This document shows, in pieces, positions 56,933 to 64,000 of a stretch of DNA of 64,000 bases. Source of the DNA: a virus. Lineage: Duplodnaviria > Heunggongvirae > Uroviricota > Caudoviricetes. A program made the translations under genes and the position numbers. The DNA lies in IMG/VR virus record IMGVR_UViG_3300027777_000022; one strand, written 5' to 3'. Position 1 is the stretch's first letter; the number at the start of each line of letters is the position of its first letter. The notes beneath the pieces are model-generated. The model saw only the letters and a list, made by a program, of their open reading frames with translations, searched no databases and was not told where the DNA came from.

Positions 56933-59560
56933 TTAACGGTGGAAGGTTACAATTTTTTCTTTGGGATCTACAGCGTTCTCACAGTAGTTACACAAGCTGT
57001 AACAGGTCTGATCCTCCGGTATAACATCCTCATATGACTGAGTGTTCAGGTTGCCAATGATATGTTCTAATCCGTAATCCATACAGCATAAACTCACATC
57101 ACCATTGGGCAATAGTACATTGTGATACAGTCCTTCAACACATCCACAAGTTTTAGATCCTGTGTGTGTGATAGCATTCCAACGATCCCGCAAGGTAACC
57201 AATTGTGGCTTGGCCACGCTTTCTTTAATGAGATTGCCGGCTCTGCTCCACATCTCGTAACTGGGTGCCCAATCAAATATGTGTCTCACACTAGGATGCA
57301 GTTCTTTGCCCATGCTCATCACAGAGAAGTTCTTTATTCTATGTTGGTTGTCTCGGATCCACTCTAGTGTTTTGAGATATCCAGGAGTGATAGGGTGTCT
57401 TGCTAACATTTCAGCATCAGGCAAGTGCAATACAAAACCACCGTTGGGGTTTCCAGCAAATGGTATATCTACAATTGCTTCCATATCTTCAATGCTCACA
57501 CCAACTCCTGTGGTAAACACACTCACAGGATGTCCTTGCTCGTGTGCGTATACCACCATCTCAGTACAGTATTTGTTCATCCAGGGTTCGGTGAATCCAG
57601 CAAATGTAATGCGTACATCTGTGGGCACTTTGTCAACTATGGTCTTGAATGCATCCAAGGTCAAGATTCTTGTACCTTTGTAAACTTCTTCCAGTGTGCG
57701 TTGTGGGCAGAACACACAATCAACCACACAACCTTTTTCAGGAATGATTGTGGTAATTTCAAGTGTGGGGGCTGGATAGTTTTGCCACTTTTGCTTGACT
57801 GGAACTGCAACTGGATTGTTGATATAAATCATGATTGCAATATAGCGATCTGTGAACCAATCACTCCACAAGGACCATTTGATATCCACATAATCAATGC
57901 TGAGCACCTGGAAGTCAGTGAGTTCTTTCAAGTAAGTGTCTCTAAACTTACGGAATTTTTCTTTGAGGGCAGGAGTAGTAAGATGCACTTCCATAGCAAT
58001 CTTACGCACATTGTTCTTGATCCAATCAAAATTTTCATCGTTGAGAACATCATATTCTCCACCTTCACAATCCATCTTGAGAAAATCAATGTGTGTGAGC
58101 TGTTGTTCAGCTATCAATGTACTGAATTTGATAGTATCTAATACGATCCCATCTGTGCCGTCACTGTGATCTACTTTGTTCTCATTGTACATACCGCAGC
58201 TATAGTTCTGCCCATCTGAATGCCCTATTGCTTTGTTTATGGTAACAACAGATATGCCTGTGTTACTGGCATTTTTTACCAGAGTAGGATATAAATCTTT
58301 ATGTGGTTCAAGACAAATCACACGGCTGGGATTTTTGGATGCAATACTCCAGGTAAACGGACCTGAACTAGCACCTATGTCCACAACAATATCACCGGCA
58401 GCAACTTCACCAAATCTCTGATAGGCATTGTCTACAAATATTTCATTAGTGACAGTGTTGTAAAAAGATTTATTCTTGACCAGATTTCCCCAATCAAAAT
58501 TGTGTGTTGCACCATTGTGAGTTATGGTTGGTACTACTGAATCAGTATAGTTTGCTTCTTTGATAAATTCGTCCACAGTGGTTCGTGGTATCTTCATGAT
58601 AAATGCACAGTTGTCCTGGAATCCAAATGTGACCAACAAGTGATTGTCGTACCAAGCTGCACCACAGCAAAATTCAATGTCGGCGTTCATGAAACTAAAT
58701 GCATCAGTATAGGCCAGCAGTTTCCAATTGCGATCCCACATTACAAATCTATGTCTGTATGTGGCATCTTTTTTGCCAGCTGGGCTGTTGAACAAGTTGG
58801 TTTCATGAACTATGGCTATGTAATTGTTGCCGTAGGGAATAACCTGACTGCCGCCACGGAAATCTGGAACACCGGGTATGCGAGGTCCAGGATCAGCAAA
58901 TACAGTACGTGTTTCGCCAGTGTTGATGTCGTATTTTACTACCTCTGTGGGATTGGTCCACTTAACATAGGTGAACTGTTGATCCAAAACTGGCATCCAG
59001 TTTTTTTCGCAATAGCTGGTGTTGTCTCCCAATGCAGGAATACGTTTGCGCCTGGTTTCTTTGGTTTGATCTGGAGAGATAGTGATCTCGGACAGTTCCA
59101 TACGTCCTTCACCGTGAGTGGTGGTATCTCTACGTACTCCAGTCAGCCACAATTTGTGATCCCATCGCATGAGTCTTGCATCCTCTAACCCTACAAATTC
59201 CCACATTGGTTCTTTGTCACAAGCAGATGTATCCACATTCATCACTTGTTTGATTGTGAGATCAGGGTTGAGTACACACATGTAATTCCATGTGCGAAGA
59301 TGGATATCGTTTTCTGGATGCAGATATTGCAGCGGACCGTATCTGTGTTCAAACTTTTTGTGTTCACTGTGCCATAATGTGTAATTCACATGGCGCAGAT
59401 TTACCAAAATTGTTTGTCCGTCCACATACACAGAAGGATTCATTAGGCCGGTGCCTGACAAATCTGCCGGAATGATCAAGGGATGTACACTGCCGCCGGC
59501 AGCAATCACAGGTTTGGCCAACCCGTTTTTATAAATTTGTTGGGATAATGATGTAGTCAC
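56933..59560 (-). CDS. Beta-propeller glycosidase-like (GH130-like) + FkbM methyltransferase + radical SAM/SPASM fusion
   Basis: NPS, EDARL, EKNWMP, RGGS; VVDIGASSG, FLKMDCEGGEY; CVVDCVFC, GDVSLCCMD, CNYC. Confidence 0.75.
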   Translation of the reverse strand: MTTSLSQQIYKNGLAKPVIAAGGSVHPLIIPADLSGTGLMNPSVYVDGQTILVNLRHVNYTLWHSEHKKFEHRYGPLQYLHPENDIHLRTWNYMCVLNPDLTIKQVMNVDTSACDKEPMWEFVGLEDARLMRWDHKLWLTGVRRDTTTHGEGRMELSEITISPDQTKETRRKRIPALGDNTSYCEKNWMPVLDQQFTYVKWTNPTEVVKYDINTGETRTVFADPGPRIPGVPDFRGGSQVIPYGNNYIAIVHETNLFNSPAGKKDATYRHRFVMWDRNWKLLAYTDAFSFMNADIEFCCGAAWYDNHLLVTFGFQDNCAFIMKIPRTTVDEFIKEANYTDSVVPTITHNGATHNFDWGNLVKNKSFYNTVTNEIFVDNAYQRFGEVAAGDIVVDIGASSGPFTWSIASKNPSRVICLEPHKDLYPTLVKNASNTGISVVTINKAIGHSDGQNYSCGMYNENKVDHSDGTDGIVLDTIKFSTLIAEQQLTHIDFLKMDCEGGEYDVLNDENFDWIKNNVRKIAMEVHLTTPALKEKFRKFRDTYLKELTDFQVLSIDYVDIKWSLWSDWFTDRYIAIMIYINNPVAVPVKQKWQNYPAPTLEITTIIPEKGCVVDCVFCPQRTLEEVYKGTRILTLDAFKTIVDKVPTDVRITFAGFTEPWMNKYCTEMVVYAHEQGHPVSVFTTGVGVSIEDMEAIVDIPFAGNPNGGFVLHLPDAEMLARHPITPGYLKTLEWIRDNQHRIKNFSVMSMGKELHPSVRHIFDWAPSYEMWSRAGNLIKESVAKPQLVTLRDRWNAITHTGSKTCGCVEGLYHNVLLPNGDVSLCCMDYGLEHIIGNLNTQSYEDVIPEDQTCYSLCNYCENAVDPKEKIVTFHR

Positions 59561-59618
59561 ACATACATTTATGCCTGTGTAATACAGGTGTGACTAAATC
59601 TGTTCAATTACGGCACAA

Positions 59619-61082
59619 TCACAGTCTGCCCACAACCACTTCAATCACACCCACACCGTTCCCACAGTATGATTGCAGTGCCTTACCAATAATCACACCC
59701 GGTTGATATCTGACCATATCCAATGCTTCGGCCACACCTGCTCGATTGCTGGTCACAACTCGGTCACCTGCAGAAATGTTACCAACCACGCTCACAGGCA
59801 CACGTCCGGTCAGTGCCACTGCCACTGTGAATTCTCCTTGCAATCCAGAATTCATTATGTGTGCAGGATTGGTAGATACCACACCGGCAACTCTATAATC
59901 ATGGCTTACAGAATTGATAGTGACTTCTTGATTGCCGCCAAATATCATCACCGTGCCGGGAGCATATTCTGCATCTGTGGTATACATCTCGGCCAAGTCA
60001 GCGTACTGTGCTGTGGTTGCTTTGGCATGGACAGTGTTGAAATAGTTAGTGACATTACCAATATTAGCTGTATTATTAGATGCACTGGTCTGTATATTGC
60101 CTGCAACAATTAACACAGCACTACTTGCCGCTGCTGTTCCTCCCAAAGTTAACAAATTTGCCGAGGCATTAAATACAAATCCAGCTGTGTTAACGTTAGC
60201 AACTTGAGTACTGCCAGCGGCACCTACCATCACAGGATACAATGTAGTGGTTGTGGTATTGTTAGTGGCGTTTATGCTTGTACCCGGACCTGCCACACCT
60301 TGTACACCTTGAGCACCGGTTGTGCCTTGAGCACCGGTTGTGCCTTGAGCGCCGGTTGTGCCTTGAGCGCCGGTTACACCTTGTACACCTTGTACACCTT
60401 GTGTGCCTTGAGCACCGGTTGTGCCTTGAGCGCCGGTTGTGCCTTGAGCGCCGGTTACACCTTGTACACCTTGTACACCTTGTGTGCCTTGAGCACCGGT
60501 TGTGCCTTGAGCGCCGGTTGTGCCTTGAGCGCCGGTTACACCTTGTACACCTTGTACACCTTGTGTGCCTTGAGCACCGGTTGTGCCTTGAGCGCCGGTT
60601 GTGCCTTGAGCGCCAGTTACACCTTGTACGCCTTGTACACCTTGTGTGCCTTGAGCACCGGTTGTGCCTTGAGCACCGGTTACACCTTGTACGCCTTGTA
60701 CACCTTGGCGGCCTTGCACACCTTGTGTGCCTTGAGCACCGGTTGTGCCTTGAGCGCCGGTTGTGCCTTGAGCGCCGGTTGTGCCTTGAGCGCCGGTTGT
60801 GCCTTGAGCGCCGGTAGTACCTTGAGCGCCGGTAGTACCTTGAGCGCCTGATCCAGCAACTGCCACACCGTTGGCGTAGGTGAATCCAGCTGCTTGTACA
60901 TTACCTGTGGCATTGGCCAATCCACCAATGTACAAGTTACCAGTGATACCTGTTCCGCCGGTGACTTGTAATGACCCAGACGTGGTGCTGGTAGAATTAC
61001 TGAGCGTGACATTACCCACAATCAACACGCTATCTGTGCTTGCTGTTCCATAAATTCGTGTGCCGGTTTGTAATTTTGCCAT
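59619..61082 (-). CDS. Collagen-repeat fibre protein with C-terminal autocleaving chaperone-like domain
   Basis: Gly-X-Y repeats; AQYADLAEMY...GVVSTNPA...VALTGRVPV...GKAL; TAAATA at 61104-61109. Confidence 0.8.
   Translation of the reverse strand: MAKLQTGTRIYGTASTDSVLIVGNVTLSNSTSTTSGSLQVTGGTGITGNLYIGGLANATGNVQAAGFTYANGVAVAGSGAQGTTGAQGTTGAQGTTGAQGTTGAQGTTGAQGTTGAQGTQGVQGRQGVQGVQGVTGAQGTTGAQGTQGVQGVQGVTGAQGTTGAQGTTGAQGTQGVQGVQGVTGAQGTTGAQGTTGAQGTQGVQGVQGVTGAQGTTGAQGTTGAQGTQGVQGVQGVTGAQGTTGAQGTTGAQGTTGAQGVQGVAGPGTSINATNNTTTTTLYPVMVGAAGSTQVANVNTAGFVFNASANLLTLGGTAAASSAVLIVAGNIQTSASNNTANIGNVTNYFNTVHAKATTAQYADLAEMYTTDAEYAPGTVMIFGGNQEVTINSVSHDYRVAGVVSTNPAHIMNSGLQGEFTVAVALTGRVPVSVVGNISAGDRVVTSNRAGVAEALDMVRYQPGVIIGKALQSYCGNGVGVIEVVVGRL
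60284..60851 (-). repeat. Coding tandem repeat: collagen-like ([15 protein letters not shown])n
   Basis: 9/18-nt units such as CCTTGAGCGCCGGTTGTG arranged in an 81-nt higher-order unit. Confidence 0.95.
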
Positions 61083-61112
61083 GGTATCTTTATTGCTAGA
61101 TTGTATTTATGG

Positions 61113-63071
61113 TCAAGAGATACCGGTGACTTCATCAAAGATGTTTGACACTTGAATTGACCCGTTGCTCAATATTCTCATGGCCACAGCAGATTGAGAT
61201 ACTTCATCAAACAGACTGGAATACACCACATTTGACTGTATAGATGCATTGTTTTGCGCAATTTCATTAAATTGCATTGTGTTTGCTATTGCCAGCGTGC
61301 CAGTACTGAACAATCTTGCTGATATTGCTGGTATTGCCGATACTGCGCTGTAGGTGATGATCACGAGGCCCCGGGTACTGCTTCCTACAAAACCTGCTGG
61401 GTTGCCCGAACCTGCTCCAGCACCAAAGTTGATATCAAGATCATGATATCCTGCTTGTCCTGTTGTGCTTGTAGTGGCCCCTGCTCCGCCTGCTCCACCA
61501 GCAGGACCATAATTTACGCCGCCAATGGTCCATACCGTTGATGCGGCGCCAGGCTTACCATCAGTCCTAAAACCTGTTGCACTTGCGCTACCGCCACCAC
61601 CGCCGCCACCTGTGTTTGCTGTTCCTGCAACAGCATTGGTGGTGGCCGTTCCACCTGCACCGCCGCCTAAGCCACCAGTACCATTGCCCCCAGCGCCACC
61701 AACAGTGGCGCTGGGTGCTGTTTGCCCAGCAGTAGAGGAGCCACCATTTGAGCCTCCTCCTCCACCGCCTGTGCCTGAACCAGTGCCAGTGGGCCAGCCA
61801 TTACCGCCGTCCTTACCAGCACCACTTGGCCCTGCTGCGCCACCGCCACCGCCGCCGCGGAATTTACCACCCGAAGCTGTGGTATTGTTTAAGCCGCCAT
61901 TGCCACCGCTGTACTTTAAGTCTACCCCAATGCAATTTGCTGCTGTTCCTCCAAGTCCTGATGCCGCGCCGGCTGCAAGAAGCCCAGCAGACGTATCGCC
62001 CGGCGCGGGCGCGGTATTGGCGTTTCTGTTGAACCAAGAGTCAATTGGTGTTGCATAAACTTGTGTGCCAAATACAGGTGTATACGCAGGGCGAACATAT
62101 GCTATATTTTCTGGTGTTACAGCTAGTGAGGTAGTTTTTGCATAGGCACCACCGCCGCCGCCGCGCCCAGAAATAGCGTCTAAAGGAATGCCGCCACCTC
62201 CAATGGCCTCTACCTGTACAGAAGTAACTCCCAAAGGAGTGCGCCAAGGAATGGCGGTAGTTGAGTAGTATGGAAGAGTAAAGACTTCGGTATACGGGCC
62301 TCCTGTTATTGCCACGGGTGTGTAGGTAATAATAATTAGGCCCTGGTTTATACTATAACCTCCTCCATAGCCTACTCCCACACCAATAACTGAACCTGAT
62401 GAAGTTGCTATTATTCCTCCGGCGCCACCACCTGGACCGTAAACGTTATTTAGGTAGTCGGTCCAAACATTGTCCTGCGCTCCTCCCCCCGAAGAAACAG
62501 CGGCGGAGGGTTGTCCACCACCTCCTCCACCTGTTCCTGTAGTTCCGTTAACTCCGGCAGTTCCACCACCAGTTCCACCTCTGCCATCACCACCTGTACC
62601 GTAGCCGCCGTTAGAGCCTCCATTTGCACCACCACCTCCGCCACCAAGTACGCCGTTACTGGGTCCTCCACTACCACCATTTCCATTTGGGCCAGCAGCG
62701 CCGCCGCACCCATTTAGAAATCCGCCATTTCCGCCAGAAAAAGCACCTACTGAAGGAATGCAATCTGCCGCTGCACCGCCTACTTGTCCATAACTTCCTG
62801 TCGTCCCTGCTGCTTTTGCGCCTTGTGATGTGTTTGTTGGTACTCCCCCAGTATTGCTTATCCAAGTAGGGTTTTGTGTGGCATAAGTAAGGGTCTGGCC
62901 CGGGGTTACAGAAAATCCAGTAAGTTTAGTGTATGCGCCGCCACCTCCTGCAATATCCTCAATGGTATCGTAACCACCACCACTAGCAATTAATTCAATC
63001 TGGATAGAATTGCAATCAGCAGGCACCTGCCATTTTCCAGATGATGTTAAAGCTATCACAACATTTGCCAT
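61113..63071 (-). CDS. Glycine-rich fibre/adhesin-like virion protein with two internal repeats
   Basis: Two W..P.....I/V.VE.I..GG...GGGGAY.K....VTP...GLxIITY units; poly-Gly tracts. Confidence 0.75.
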   Translation of the reverse strand: MANVVIALTSSGKWQVPADCNSIQIELIASGGGYDTIEDIAGGGGAYTKLTGFSVTPGQTLTYATQNPTWISNTGGVPTNTSQGAKAAGTTGSYGQVGGAAADCIPSVGAFSGGNGGFLNGCGGAAGPNGNGGSGGPSNGVLGGGGGGANGGSNGGYGTGGDGRGGTGGGTAGVNGTTGTGGGGGGQPSAAVSSGGGAQDNVWTDYLNNVYGPGGGAGGIIATSSGSVIGVGVGYGGGYSINQGLIIITYTPVAITGGPYTEVFTLPYYSTTAIPWRTPLGVTSVQVEAIGGGGIPLDAISGRGGGGGAYAKTTSLAVTPENIAYVRPAYTPVFGTQVYATPIDSWFNRNANTAPAPGDTSAGLLAAGAASGLGGTAANCIGVDLKYSGGNGGLNNTTASGGKFRGGGGGGAAGPSGAGKDGGNGWPTGTGSGTGGGGGGSNGGSSTAGQTAPSATVGGAGGNGTGGLGGGAGGTATTNAVAGTANTGGGGGGGSASATGFRTDGKPGAASTVWTIGGVNYGPAGGAGGAGATTSTTGQAGYHDLDINFGAGAGSGNPAGFVGSSTRGLVIITYSAVSAIPAISARLFSTGTLAIANTMQFNEIAQNNASIQSNVVYSSLFDEVSQSAVAMRILSNGSIQVSNIFDEVTGIS

Positions 63072-63080
63072 GCGTTATCC

Positions 63081-64000
63081 TTAATTAAAAGTAAAATCTA
63101 TACTGATCAAAGTTGGATTGTATACCATGTGTCCTGACACTCCGCCCGAGTTGTTTGCTAGGTTCAAATAATTCCCTGCGGTGATGTTACCACTAACATA
63201 TGCATTACCAGTAACACCAAGTGTGGTAGTTGGTGATGAATTAGCAATACCAACATTACCGTTTGTATCAACCAGCACTCTTGATATATTATTTGTACCA
63301 AGTGCCAAAGGTGAATTGTCTTGGTTGAATACGTATGCGCCGGTTGACCCAGTACCTGGAATAGTTCCATATCCCATGTACAATCTAATGTTATTACTTG
63401 CGTCTGTAAATGAACCTTCACCAACCACTGTGAGTCTTTTTGCAACCGACGTTGTAAATGGACCCACAAGAATGTTTCCTAATACTGAAAGTATATTAGT
63501 TGAAGCATCAAACGACAACCCAGTTGTGTCAACATTGGCAGCTTGATTTGATCCTGAACCACCTACCATCACAGGATACATTGTACCTGTGGTAATATTG
63601 GCAGCGTTTATGGTAGTGCTAGGTCCAGCTAAACCTTGTGTACCTTGAACGCCTTGAACGCCTTGTACGCCTTGAGCACCGGTTGTGCCTTGTGCGCCAG
63701 TTACACCTTGTGTGCCTTGAGCGCCGGTTGTGCCTTGAGCACCAGTTGTTCCTTGTGCGCCAGTTACACCTTGAACGCCTTGAGTACCTTGTGTGCCCTG
63801 AGCACCGGTGGTACCTTGAGCGCCAGTTGTTCCTTGTGCGCCAGTTACACCTTGAACGCCTTGAGTGCCTTGAGCACCGGTGGTACCTTGAGCGCCAGTA
63901 GTACCTTGAGCGCCAGTTACACCTTGAACGCCTTGAGTACCTTGCAAGCCTGCTGCTACAAATGTCCAAGCAGAGAATGTGCCCGAACCACCACTGTTGG
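63081..64000 (-). CDS. Collagen-repeat tail fibre protein, 5' end outside the window
   Basis: Frame open to the window edge; Gly-X-Y repeats; [16 protein letters not shown]...[11 protein letters not shown] fibre motif. Confidence 0.8.
   Translation of the reverse strand, partial: NSGGSGTFSAWTFVAAGLQGTQGVQGVTGAQGTTGAQGTTGAQGTQGVQGVTGAQGTTGAQGTTGAQGTQGTQGVQGVTGAQGTTGAQGTTGAQGTQGVTGAQGTTGAQGVQGVQGVQGTQGLAGPSTTINAANITTGTMYPVMVGGSGSNQAANVDTTGLSFDASTNILSVLGNILVGPFTTSVAKRLTVVGEGSFTDASNNIRLYMGYGTIPGTGSTGAYVFNQDNSPLALGTNNISRVLVDTNGNVGIANSSPTTTLGVTGNAYVSGNITAGNYLNLANNSGGVSGHMVYNPTLISIDFTFN
63620..63951 (-). repeat. Coding tandem repeat: collagen-like ([15 protein letters not shown])n
   Basis: Same triplet vocabulary as 60284-60851 with more synonymous variation. 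Confidence 0.93.

Noticed and set aside
60204-61021. Regular repeats and alternative-frame ORFs (CALSAG.., HRLCLE.., ALKAQP..) resembling a CRISPR array or repeat proteins
   Set aside because: No unique spacers; these are other-frame readings of the in-frame collagen Gly-X-Y repeat
61525-62058. Poly-proline ORF on the plus strand
   Set aside because: Antisense of poly-glycine codons in the 61113..63071 gene
63619-63969. Arg-rich and LERL ORFs
   Set aside because: Shadow frames of the second collagen tract
1-64000. tRNA/rRNA genes, integrase, reverse transcriptase or DGR, alternative genetic code
   Set aside because: Intergenic gaps are short with no cloverleaf recognised; no RT or integrase motifs; genes are full length in the standard code and TAA, TGA and TAG all serve as stops

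Overview
The window is a gene-dense 64 kb segment of a large, distantly T4-related myovirus (contractile-tailed dsDNA phage), mostly coded on the minus strand. It holds a replication/recombination module (gp41-like helicase, gp61-like primase, gp62-like clamp-loader subunit, UvsW/UvsX/UvsY, gp32 SSB, and an unusually short 186-aa DnaE-like polymerase core). It also has a ~9.5 kb sugar-modification cluster (Gmd, cytidylyltransferase-cupin, about 8 glycosyltransferase-like genes, 2 methyltransferases), packaging/head genes (terminase, gp4, Glu-punctuated core-like proteins), tail/neck genes (sheath, tube, gp13/14/15-like) and collagen/Gly-rich fibre genes flanked by multi-domain modifying enzymes. 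A heme oxygenase + ferredoxin-dependent bilin reductase pair is inserted between two neck/tail genes. The most notable observations read from the sequence are: (1) a possibly capsid-packaged fusion of a Pol-beta-type nucleotidyltransferase and a KxDG ligase fold; (2) systematic leaderless-gene architecture, with sigma70 -10 boxes 6-7 nt and late TAAATA boxes mostly 4 nt before the ATG; (3) a promoter-overlapping RBS-sequestering hairpin on the neck gene; (4) the mini-DnaE; (5) the bilin cassette. No tRNA, rRNA or CRISPR array was recognised. All functional calls come from motif recognition by eye, not from database searches.
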